From an uncultured Gammaproteobacteria bacterium (GTDB lineage Bacteria > Pseudomonadota > Gammaproteobacteria > CAWCPV01): a stretch of DNA of 64,000 nucleotides. The stretch lies in assembly GCA_963797555.1 (NCBI GenBank), contig CAWCPV010000005.1:64001-128000 (forward strand). Direction: 5' to 3'. Below the pieces are notes generated by a model. That model worked only from the letters and a program-made list of their open reading frames with translations. It searched no databases and had not been told where the DNA came from. The position numbers were made by a program, and so were the translations under genes. Of this stretch, positions 1-8,562 are shown in pieces. Numbering within the stretch: the stretch's first letter is position 1; every line of letters starts with the position of its first letter.

Positions 1-290
1 GCACCGCCGGCAAAGCCCTGAGCCGCCTCCATGCCGTGGGCTGCGATTTCCAGCAGTGGCGCGAGGCACCCGGAGGCCGCCGTTGGTGGCGGCCTATGGC
101 CGGCGCCCTGCAGTCATTACTCGGGGACGAGGAATGGACTCTCCTCCAAGAGGAGATCTGCTGCCTGTCAGTGTTCCGGTTTCCCGACCTGCCGCGCACT
201 GCCATTCACCACGCCCTCACCCGTCGTGCGGGGCATCGTAGGCCTTCACGAGGTCGTCCATGCCCTGCATGGCCGCCTCACGCATACTGA
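1..290 (+). pseudogene. 3' part of a homoserine kinase type II (ThrB/APH-fold)-like ORF, apparently truncated
   Basis: Frame 3 reads AGKALSRLHAVGCDF..WW....LLQEE...LPRTAIHHAL, resembling type II ThrB. The HxDLFxDN catalytic loop is absent and the ORF stops at 290. Confidence 0.45.
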
Positions 291-291
291 G

Positions 292-429
292 AGCTTGTGA
301 ATAGATCTGCTGCGAGGCCCAATAGCGGCGTCCTGCGGTGCTCGCTGATCGCCTATCTACTTGATAGGCCTGGTCGCTCCGCGCCGTGCGCCGTGCTCTC
401 GGGCCGATCGCGACGATTTGTTGACAAGC
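292..429. repeat. Palindromic MITE/REPIN-like element, copy 1 (~140 bp)
   Basis: Imperfect terminal IR (gcttgtgaa...ttgacaagc) and central hairpin cctatc-tactt-gatagg. Homologous to the ends of 43461-43753. Confidence 0.65.
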
Positions 430-443
430 GCTGAAGTTGCCCC

Positions 444-1796
444 ATGCTCTGGAGACGTCGAACGACACTGTTCGCATCTGCGCCCCCCGTTGATGGGCAC
501 CCGCCGAGATCGTTCTTTTCCGGTCTCTGGCGCCTGTGCAGCCATTCGCTGATTCTCCTGTGGCCCCTTACCGCGCAACCCGGCACCTTCGCCCTCCAAC
601 CCGGCGACGATGTGGTCGGGGAGCTGTCCAGCATCACCGCCCGTTACGAAGACACTTTGTCGGACATCGCCCGCCGCTACGACCTCGGATATGACGAGAT
701 CGTTCAGGTCAACCCGGACGTCGACCCCTGGCTGCCCGGGGATGGCAAACGGATTCGGCTGCCAACCCAGTTCGTGTTGCCCGACGCACCTCGGAACGGC
801 ATTGCGCTGAACTTGGCGGAGATGCGCCTCTATTACTACCCTCGTCCCAAGGCCGGAGAGCCAGCCGTAGTGATCACCCACCCCGTGGGCATCGGGCGCG
901 AAGGCTGGAGCACGCCAGTCGCCAACACCCGTATCGTAGCCAAGGTGCCGAACCCGAGCTGGTACCCGCCCGCGTCGATCCGCGCCGAGCATGCCGCGCA
1001 GGGGGACCCGCTACCCAAAGTGGTGCCAGCAGGCCCGGACAATCCGCTAGGCCAGTTCGCCCTGCGCCTCGGCATTACCAGCGTCCTCATCCATGGGACG
1101 AACAAACCATACGGGGTGGGCATGCGGGTCAGCCATGGATGCATTCGTCTCTACCCCGAGGATATCGAGGAACTGTTCCGCCGGATCCCCGTAAATACGC
1201 CGGTCCACATCGTGAACCAACCCTACAAGGTGGGCTGGAAAGATGGGGAACTCTACCTGGAAGCGCACGCGCTGCCGGTTGACGACGCGCAGAACCTGCA
1301 AGCCGCCATGACGCCTCTGACCAGAGCGGTCATGGCGGCAATAGGAAACCGGGACTACGCGGTCGATTGGGACAAGGCGCAGGACGCGGCCAGCCAGAGG
1401 CTAGGAATTCCCGTCCCGATGGGCGCCGAGTCCCCCTCCGTCGGGGAGGTACTGGCGCAGGCGGCTCTCCGCGCCCCAGAGGCGAGCCCTGAAGCGGTGA
1501 CGTTGAGTCGGGATATCCAGTGGTGGGTGGAAGCGGGCGAATTTGCGCAGCGAGCCAGAGCGGAAAACTTGGCCGTCACCCTGCGCCAGGGATCACCCCC
1601 CATCCCCGCTCAACCGGCTATCGACGGGCGCACCTATCGCGTCGCCGCGGGCCCTTTCAACGACAGACACGACGCAGAGGCCGCAGCCCGGCGTATCAGT
1701 GCACGCTTACGCCTGAAGACGCGACTACTGTCCAGGCGCCCGGGAGGTCCGGTGACACTGCCCGCCGCTCAGATCCCCGAGGCTACCCTGTTCTAG
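444..1796 (+). CDS. L,D-transpeptidase (ErfK/YbiS/YcfS type: LysM-like + YkuD) with C-terminal SPOR domain
   Basis: DTLSDIARRYDLG..NP.VDPWLP; PAGPDNPLG; IHGTNKPYGVGMRVSHGCIRL catalytic motif; C-terminal WVEAGEF...YRVAAGPF (SPOR-like). The real start may be later. Confidence 0.9.
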   Translation: MLWRRRTTLFASAPPVDGHPPRSFFSGLWRLCSHSLILLWPLTAQPGTFALQPGDDVVGELSSITARYEDTLSDIARRYDLGYDEIVQVNPDVDPWLPGDGKRIRLPTQFVLPDAPRNGIALNLAEMRLYYYPRPKAGEPAVVITHPVGIGREGWSTPVANTRIVAKVPNPSWYPPASIRAEHAAQGDPLPKVVPAGPDNPLGQFALRLGITSVLIHGTNKPYGVGMRVSHGCIRLYPEDIEELFRRIPVNTPVHIVNQPYKVGWKDGELYLEAHALPVDDAQNLQAAMTPLTRAVMAAIGNRDYAVDWDKAQDAASQRLGIPVPMGAESPSVGEVLAQAALRAPEASPEAVTLSRDIQWWVEAGEFAQRARAENLAVTLRQGSPPIPAQPAIDGRTYRVAAGPFNDRHDAEAAARRISARLRLKTRLLSRRPGGPVTLPAAQIPEATLF

Positions 1797-1853
1797 GAGC
1801 ACTCGGAGAGGCCGAACGGGATGAGAACGCCGCGACCGGACAGACGAAGCGAG

Positions 1854-1883
1854 AGAGCCCCGCGGCGACTTCGCCGCAGGGCT
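1854..1883. terminator. Putative hairpin terminator between convergent genes
   Basis: agccccgcggcg-actt-cgccgcagggct inverted repeat between the LDT and lipoprotein stop codons. Confidence 0.45.
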
Positions 1884-1905
1884 AGCAGCTCCCTTTGCTC
1901 GGGCG

Positions 1906-2169
1906 CTACTTGTACATGGACTTCTTGAACATCCGGCCGATCTTCTCGTTGGTCTGGGTGCAGCAGCTCTGCGCCTCGTCAGCCTTCTGCATGGCCTGAG
2001 ACGCCATGGCCTTGGCCTCGTCCGCAGACTGGGCCGCCCGCTGGGCAGTGGCGTTGGCCTGGTCGGCGGTGGCCGCGACCTTCTGGAGATCCCCAGTAGT
2101 GGCACAACCCGCCAGCGCGAGAGGCAGGACCACCAACGAGATTGCAGCGACTTTTCTCAACGTAGCCAT
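1906..2169 (-). CDS. Lpp/OprI-family alanine-zipper outer-membrane lipoprotein
   Basis: Signal peptide with lipobox LAGC, Ala/Gln-rich coiled coil, C-terminal RMFKKSMYK ending in Lys. Confidence 0.85.
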   Translation of the reverse strand: MATLRKVAAISLVVLPLALAGCATTGDLQKVAATADQANATAQRAAQSADEAKAMASQAMQKADEAQSCCTQTNEKIGRMFKKSMYK

Positions 2170-2254
2170 GTTGTTACCCCCTTAGGGTTATTACGGGTTT
2201 CACTGCGGTGTCTATCATAGGCCGTTGGCGCCGTGTTTGGTATCCCCCGCTCAT

Positions 2255-2812
2255 TCAGCGGATGACCACGCGGGTCCCAGGTCTCACCCAACTTGCGAGC
2301 CGGTCAATCTGCGCGTTGGTGAGGGCGATACATCCTTGGGTCCAGTTGAGCCGGCGCTGGATAGCCGGATCGCCGCGGCCGAGCCCGTGGATTCCGATGT
2401 GCCCTCCGAGGAAGGTGTCCTGCGGCGGGACGTGGCCCGCGTCAAGCGCGTTCTGGATTGCAAGGTAAGTGCCGCGATCGATGAGCCGCGCCCGGTACCC
2501 CGATTCGGCTTGGTCCCGGTTCGGATAGTCCAGACCGATGAACACGTGGAACGGACTGTCCCACAGGATCCGTGTGACATGAAACTCACCGAGCGGCGTG
2601 GTTTGATCACCGCGGTGCCTGACCTCGGCCACCCCTCCGCGCCCGACTGCAACGTCTCTGAACGTCCGCAGCGCCCGCCCGGCCTGTCGCACAGACAACG
2701 TGTGCGTCGTCGTGTCTACGAGGATCCAAATCTCCGGCGCAGCGTGCGCCGCCGGCATCGCCGCACCCACCTCGCCCGCCAGCAGTAACATAAGAGCCGA
2801 AGGCCAGCGCAC
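2255..2812 (-). CDS. L,D-transpeptidase (YkuD family)
   Basis: Signal peptide, GDQTTPLGEF, LDYPN, GGHIGIHG...WTQGCIAL motif. Confidence 0.85.
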   Translation of the reverse strand: MRWPSALMLLLAGEVGAAMPAAHAAPEIWILVDTTTHTLSVRQAGRALRTFRDVAVGRGGVAEVRHRGDQTTPLGEFHVTRILWDSPFHVFIGLDYPNRDQAESGYRARLIDRGTYLAIQNALDAGHVPPQDTFLGGHIGIHGLGRGDPAIQRRLNWTQGCIALTNAQIDRLASWVRPGTRVVIR

Positions 2813-3004
2813 AACTTAACCCTCACATCCCCGAGCCGCGCCGAAGAGACCGGGCGTTAACTTGCCCTACAGTGGCCCCGACTCGTTCGGCCCCGTGCCC
2901 CGCGCTACGGCGGCTCACCCCACTGCTCCATCCGCGTCGCCCCCGCGGAGCCAGGAGGGCGTACGAGCCCGTACCGCTGGCCGTCACTACGCCGTCTCCC
3001 GTGG

Positions 3005-3652
3005 CTAAGGCCCGAGGCCGTGACGTGCCCGGTGGTCCTTGAGAGTCTCCGCCGCGACCGCTTGCCCAGGCGTGCGTTCGAGGAAGGCAATCAGGTCATC
3101 GAGCGTGGCGATGGCAACCACGGGCACGCGGTAGGTCGCGGCCACCTCCTGCACGGCGGAACACCCCGATAGCCCGCGCTCCTGGCGATCCAGGGCCACC
3201 ACGACACCGCAAGGCTTGGCGCCGGCGTCACAGATCACCCGCACGGACTCCCGCACGGACGTGCCGGCGGTAATCACGTCGTCCACAACCAGGATCCTTC
3301 CGCGAAGAGGTGCACCAACGACCGTGCCGCCTTCGCCGTGGTCCTTCGGCTCCTTACGGTCGAATGCATACGGCACGTCCAAGCTATGGTGCTCGGCGAG
3401 GGCGATAGCACCGGCCGTCACCAAGGGTATCCCCTTGTAGGCCGGACCGAACAACATGTCGAAGGCGATCCCCGACTCGCAGATCGCTTCTGCGCACAGG
3501 CGGCCCAACCGCGCCAAACTCGCGCCGTGGTTGAACAGGCCACTGTCGAAGAAGTACGGGCTCCGCCGGCCGGACTTGAGGGTGAACGTCCCGAAACGGA
3601 GCGCCCGCTCGGCCAAGGCCAGATCGATGAAGCTTCGGGAACGTGCAGTCAT
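3005..3652 (-). CDS. pyrE: Orotate phosphoribosyltransferase
   Basis: FGTFTLKSGRRSPYFF, LFGPAYKGIPL, RKEPKDHGEGG, VVDDVITAGTS. Confidence 0.97.
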   Translation of the reverse strand: MTARSRSFIDLALAERALRFGTFTLKSGRRSPYFFDSGLFNHGASLARLGRLCAEAICESGIAFDMLFGPAYKGIPLVTAGAIALAEHHSLDVPYAFDRKEPKDHGEGGTVVGAPLRGRILVVDDVITAGTSVRESVRVICDAGAKPCGVVVALDRQERGLSGCSAVQEVAATYRVPVVAIATLDDLIAFLERTPGQAVAAETLKDHRARHGLGP

Positions 3653-3834
3653 CGCCTGATCCGGTCGCGAATCCAAAGAACCGCCCTAGTCGGATACCAC
3701 CGCCGAGAACCAGGGAATCTGGACGGCGATGGGTTATGTTACTATTCCGCCAGCCGGGGGCAAGGCGTATGCGATCAGACACCGGCCTGTGAACGCAGGC
3801 TCAGGCGCCAGGGTGCGCCGAGAGGCGGGACGGC

Positions 3835-4698
3835 ATGATTCAGGTCTTTATCGTGGGATGCGGCGACATCGGACGACGCGTGGGTGCGCGCCATATCCGT
3901 CGGGGGGAAGTCGTCGTCGGCCTGGTGCGCAGTGCGCAGAGCGCCGAACCTCTGGCGGCGGAGGGAATCCGGCCCGTGGTCTCCGACTTGGACGCACCCC
4001 TTGGGCGTACACCGGGTCCGCACGGCGCCCTCGTGTACTATCTGGCACCTCCCCCGAATCGCGGCCAACACGCCACAAGGCTGCGCGACTGGCTGCACAC
4101 CATCGCTGTCGAGCAGCTTCCGCGGAAGGTGGTCTACATCAGCACCAGCGGCGTCTACGGCGACTGTGGCGGCGAATGGGTGGACGAACACAGGACTCCG
4201 CGCCCCCAGACCGACCGGGCCCGGCGCCGCCTGCACGCCGAGCAGGTCCTGGCAGCGTGGTCTCGGCGGACCGCCGTTCCCGTGGTAGTGCTGCGGGTGG
4301 GCGGCATCTACGGTCCAGGGCGGCTGCCCATCGAGAGGCTGCGTGGTGGGCACGCTGTGCTGCGGGAGGAGGACTGCGGGTTCTCGAACCGCATTCACTC
4401 CGAAGACTTGGCGTCGGTCGCCGTAGCGGCTGCCGACGATGGTCCCGGTGGAGCCATCTATAACGTCAGCGATGGCCGTCCCGGGACCATGACTGAGTAC
4501 TTCAACGCCGTGGCCGATCTGCTCCAGTTGCCTAGACCGCCGGCAGTTTCCTGGGACGAGGCCGAACGGCGCCTCGGCGCGGAGATGATGTCCTATTTGC
4601 GCGAATCACGCCGGCTGAGCACAGCGCGCATGCGCCGAGAACTCAACGTCGCCCTTCGGTACCCCGATCTGGCCGCCGGGCTCCGATCCTGTGTCTGA
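3835..4698 (+). CDS. NAD-dependent epimerase/dehydratase (atypical SDR)
   Basis: IVGCGDIG Rossmann motif, YISTSGVYGD, LRVGGIYGPGR, NRIH.EDL. Confidence 0.9.
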   Translation: MIQVFIVGCGDIGRRVGARHIRRGEVVVGLVRSAQSAEPLAAEGIRPVVSDLDAPLGRTPGPHGALVYYLAPPPNRGQHATRLRDWLHTIAVEQLPRKVVYISTSGVYGDCGGEWVDEHRTPRPQTDRARRRLHAEQVLAAWSRRTAVPVVVLRVGGIYGPGRLPIERLRGGHAVLREEDCGFSNRIHSEDLASVAVAAADDGPGGAIYNVSDGRPGTMTEYFNAVADLLQLPRPPAVSWDEAERRLGAEMMSYLRESRRLSTARMRRELNVALRYPDLAAGLRSCV

Positions 4699-4778
4699 AC
4701 ACGTTCCGGTATCCTCAAACACAGGACGGTTGCCAGCGGCGGCGCCGTCAACCGCCGGACGGGCCAGCCGAGGAAGAC

Positions 4779-5534
4779 TTAGGCACCGCCGTGCTCCCGG
4801 CATCCCGCCAAGTCCCCCCACAGCGCTTGCAAGGCCGCAACGGTCGCAAGCGCGACGGTCTCGGTACGCAGAATTCGAGGGCCGACGCGGACTCTTGCGA
4901 ATCCGCACGCGACTGCCAGAGCGATCTCCCCCTCGGTAAATCCGCCCTCCGGACCCGTAACCAGCATGACGCGGCCTCTGACGGGAGGGGTCCGGGCGAG
5001 GGACGCCCCCGCGCAGGGATCCAATACCAGCTTGGAGCCATCGAAGGCATCACTTAGCGCCTGCGCGACGACCATGGGCCGGTGGAGATCCGGAATGCGA
5101 TTACGGCCGCACTGCTGACAAGCGCTGACCATGATGTTGCGCCAGTGCTGCAGGCGTCGTTCGGCGCGCGTGCCGTCGAGTCTGACCTGGCATCGCTCCG
5201 CGATGATGGGGACGAACTCCTGGACACCTAGCTCCACCGCTTTCTGCACCGTGTAATCCATACGCTCGGCGCGCGAGATCGCCTGCAACAAGCGGATGTG
5301 GAGCGGCGACTCGGCCTCCCGTGCCCTGAACTCCCCCACCTCTGCGATGCAGCCCGCGCCCTCGCCGGCTGCGAGGGTGGCTTCGTATTCCCCTCCAAGG
5401 CCGTTGAAGAGGATGACCCGGGCTCCGGCGCTCAGCCGCAGCACGCGGGTGAGGTAGTGTGCGGCGCTCGACTCCAGCACGATGCTCGCGCCGGTCTCCA
5501 GATGAGTGGAGGCATAGAGGCGAGGAGCGCGCAC
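4779..5534 (-). CDS. rsmE: 16S rRNA m3U1498 methyltransferase
   Basis: HYLTRVLRL, QKAVELGV, ACQQCGR, GPEGGF, GPRILRTET. Confidence 0.95.
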   Translation of the reverse strand: MRAPRLYASTHLETGASIVLESSAAHYLTRVLRLSAGARVILFNGLGGEYEATLAAGEGAGCIAEVGEFRAREAESPLHIRLLQAISRAERMDYTVQKAVELGVQEFVPIIAERCQVRLDGTRAERRLQHWRNIMVSACQQCGRNRIPDLHRPMVVAQALSDAFDGSKLVLDPCAGASLARTPPVRGRVMLVTGPEGGFTEGEIALAVACGFARVRVGPRILRTETVALATVAALQALWGDLAGCREHGGA

Positions 5535-5536
5535 CG

Positions 5537-6892
5537 TCAGCTAGAGGTGGCCCGCCGGATGCCTTCCCACGCCACCTCGGCCACGTAGCCCAGTTGCTCG
5601 GGGGTCACCACGTACGGGGGCATGAAGTAGATGACATCACCGAGGGATCGCAGCAACACTCCCCGTTCGAGCGCGAAACGATACACTGCCAGGCCCCGAC
5701 GCTGCTCCCAGGGATAGTGGCGGCGCCGCGCTTTGTCCTCCACCATCTCCACGGCGAGAATCATTCCTTGCTGGCGGACCTCTGCCACATGGGGATGTTC
5801 TTCGAAATGCCCTGTGACTTCCGCCATCACCTGCGCCAGACGCCTGTTTGCGTCGAGCACACGATCCTGTTCGAAGATGTCCAAGGTTGCCAGCGCGGCC
5901 CGGCATCCCAACGGGTTCCCAGTGTAGCTGTGGGAGTGCAGGAAGGCCCGCTGTGCTGGGTAGTCGGCGTAGAACGCTTGGTAGACGGCGTCTGTCGTGA
6001 TCACCACCGACAGGGGCAGATATCCCCCGGTCAGGCCCTTCGAGAGACAGAGGAAATCCGGGGTGATCCCCGCCTGCTCACAGGCGAAGAACGTGCCGGT
6101 CCTCCCCATCCCCACGGCAACCTCGTCGGCGATTAGATGTATCTGAAGACGGTCGCAGGCTTCCCGTAGGAGCGTCAGATACACCGGGTGATACATACGC
6201 ATGTAGCCCGCGCACTGGACCAGTGGCTCTACGATGACCGCACAGACCTCGTCCGCGTACCGCTCCAGCGCTCGCAGCGTGGGCGCAAATACTTCCCGGG
6301 CGTGCTCGGCACAGGACTGATGGGGCTGGCGATGGAAGCAGTCCGGCGAAGGCACCGTGATAGGCTCCATGAGGAGCGGGCGGTAGGTGTCGCGATACAA
6401 GGGCGAGTTACACACGGCTAGAGCACCCAAGGTCTCGCCGTGGTAGCTGTTGTCGAGGGCGACGAAGCGTATCTTGGAGGTGATGCCGAGATTTTGCCAA
6501 TAGTGGAAGCTCATCTTGAGCGCCACCTCCACCGCGGTCGAGCCATTGTCGGCGTAGAAGCAACGGCTGAGCCCAGGGGGGGCCAGCCGCACCAGGCGCT
6601 CGGAGAGATCGACGACCGGCTGGTGGGTAAACCCCGCAAGCAACACGTGCTCTAGCGCGTCCAATTGTTCCTTCAGGGCCGCGCCGATGCGCGGATTGGC
6701 GTGGCCAAAGAGGTTGACCCACCACGAGCTGATGGCATCGAGATAACGTCGTCCCTCGAAGTCCTCAAGCCACACTCCCTCCGCCCGCCGCACCGGGATG
6801 AGCGGTATCCTCTCGTGGTCCTTCATCTGGGTGCACGGATGCCAGACGACCGCGAGGTCGCGCGCGCTGACGGCTGCGTTATCTAAACCCAT
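5537..6892 (-). CDS. bioA: Adenosylmethionine-8-amino-7-oxononanoate aminotransferase
   Basis: WHPCTQM, DAISSWWVNLFGH, AVEVALKM, YHGETLGAL, DEVAVGMGRTG, LSKGLTGGYLPLS, HSHSYTGNPL. Confidence 0.96.
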   Translation of the reverse strand: MGLDNAAVSARDLAVVWHPCTQMKDHERIPLIPVRRAEGVWLEDFEGRRYLDAISSWWVNLFGHANPRIGAALKEQLDALEHVLLAGFTHQPVVDLSERLVRLAPPGLSRCFYADNGSTAVEVALKMSFHYWQNLGITSKIRFVALDNSYHGETLGALAVCNSPLYRDTYRPLLMEPITVPSPDCFHRQPHQSCAEHAREVFAPTLRALERYADEVCAVIVEPLVQCAGYMRMYHPVYLTLLREACDRLQIHLIADEVAVGMGRTGTFFACEQAGITPDFLCLSKGLTGGYLPLSVVITTDAVYQAFYADYPAQRAFLHSHSYTGNPLGCRAALATLDIFEQDRVLDANRRLAQVMAEVTGHFEEHPHVAEVRQQGMILAVEMVEDKARRRHYPWEQRRGLAVYRFALERGVLLRSLGDVIYFMPPYVVTPEQLGYVAEVAWEGIRRATSS

Positions 6893-7000
6893 GGCGTGCC
6901 CGCGAGGGGCCGGGTGCAGCACGGGGGATCCAGCATTGGAGGTCGGGTGCGGCGGTCCATGAGGTGGCCCCGACGGGGGCGGCCGCAGCGGTGGGCGGCG

Positions 7001-7525
7001 TCAGGGAGGGGCTGACGATGGCCGGTCCGGCGCAGGAGGCGTATCGCCGGCCGGGGGCGGCTTGGTCTCCGCCGCCTGAGCCAGCACCAGATGCTCGAGG
7101 GCAGGCAGGTCGGGAATCCGCGCAGGCTCCCCCTTGATAAGCACGCCACGAGACACCAGGGACTCGGTTGGCGCACCCTCGCGCTCGCTAATGGTCTTGT
7201 CGGTGATCTGCAGGAGATGCGGGGTGCCGGCCGTCACCAGAGCGTAAAAGTCCACCCCAGCCTCTGCGCGGAGGACATTCAGCACCACCAGGCTGGTGGG
7301 CGTACCGTCGTGCATCCGACGATGCCCGCAGGCAGCCTCGAAGGACACGATCGGGATCGGACGGTCCCGCCATCGCACGTAGCCCAGCCACCAGTCCGGG
7401 GCCTCCTCCGCCCGCTCCGGCGGCAGGTAGCGAACCACTTCGGCCACCACGGCACAGGGGAGAACGAGCGGATCACCCTCCACCGGGATCAGGATGCTGG
7501 GCACTACCTCGAAGCGTTCGCTCAC
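7001..7525 (-). CDS. chpC: CheW-like protein ChpC
   Basis: LVLPCAVVAEVV...APDWWLGYVRWRDRPIPIVSFE; last gene of the Pil-Chp cluster. Alternative start at 7564. Confidence 0.8.
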   Translation of the reverse strand: MSERFEVVPSILIPVEGDPLVLPCAVVAEVVRYLPPERAEEAPDWWLGYVRWRDRPIPIVSFEAACGHRRMHDGTPTSLVVLNVLRAEAGVDFYALVTAGTPHLLQITDKTISEREGAPTESLVSRGVLIKGEPARIPDLPALEHLVLAQAAETKPPPAGDTPPAPDRPSSAPP

Positions 7526-7544
7526 CGACCCACCCTTCCCCTCG

Positions 7545-8561
7545 TCAGCCGTGGCACGTTTCACTCAAGCGGCGCGCAAGCTCGGAGGGCCGCGCACTAA
7601 AGCTCACCGTTCCGGTGGCACGTGCGCGATCCGGCATACTGCTGATGAAGCAGCTATCGGCATCCTGCGCCCAAACCACACCGCCTCGGGCGGCGACAGC
7701 CCGACAACCGCGCGCTCCGTCATCCCCCATGCCGCTGAAGATGATGGCCCCCGCCTCGTGCCCATACTGCTCGGCCGCTTGCATCATGATGGCATCGATC
7801 GATGGACGGTAGCCACTGTCCGGGAGTTCAGCCCCGAGCGCGAGCTCCTTATCGCGACCGATGGTCAGTGCTCTTTCCACCGGGGCGATGACGACTTGGC
7901 CCCTGTGCAGCGCCGTGCCGGGCCTGGCGGGTACCACCTCCAGCGCCGTGAGCCTGCCGAGCTGATTGGCGAGTGGAGCGATGAAACGCTCGCCGATGTG
8001 CTGTGCCAGGATAAAGCCAGCCTCCACGCTTGCGCGCATAGCGCCTAGGAACTCCTTGACAGCCTGAGGTCCCCCGACCGATGCCCCCAGCACCCAGACC
8101 CGCTCCGCAGGCAGCGCGCCCCGGCTGGGCGTCGCCGCCGTCATCAACGCCGGTTGCCTTCCCGCAGGCATGGTGCTCGCCACGTCGGCCGTTCTGAGGG
8201 ACTGAGATGTACGCTCCGCAGCGACGTCGCGCACCTTCTCCATGAGTCTTGCCAGCCACTTTCCGCGGCTCAAACCCAAACCGAGGGGGCTCGTGGAGCC
8301 GTCGTTGAAGAGCACCGGCACGGCCGTCCTCTCCACCAGCGCCTCCAGCAACAGTGGATCACACTCGATATCGTCGTCCAAGTCGACCAGCAACACATCG
8401 GCATCCCCTGGGACAATCCCGCTGAGGAATGCTCGGCAGATGGGCCCGAAGGCGACTACCTCGATGCCCCCCGCCTCCAAGTCGCGCCGCAGCGCATCGG
8501 CCCGGTCCGCCCGATTGCACCCAATGGCCAGCCGCGGCGGCCTTCGAGCCGCCTCTTCCAT
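7545..8561 (-). CDS. chpB: CheB-like methylesterase ChpB
   Basis: VWVLGASVGGP, LAQHI, YRPSID, IFSGMGDDG, SSMP; degenerate receiver-like N-terminus. Confidence 0.88.
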   Translation of the reverse strand: MEEAARRPPRLAIGCNRADRADALRRDLEAGGIEVVAFGPICRAFLSGIVPGDADVLLVDLDDDIECDPLLLEALVERTAVPVLFNDGSTSPLGLGLSRGKWLARLMEKVRDVAAERTSQSLRTADVASTMPAGRQPALMTAATPSRGALPAERVWVLGASVGGPQAVKEFLGAMRASVEAGFILAQHIGERFIAPLANQLGRLTALEVVPARPGTALHRGQVVIAPVERALTIGRDKELALGAELPDSGYRPSIDAIMMQAAEQYGHEAGAIIFSGMGDDGARGCRAVAARGGVVWAQDADSCFISSMPDRARATGTVSFSARPSELARRLSETCHG

Positions 8562-8562
8562 C

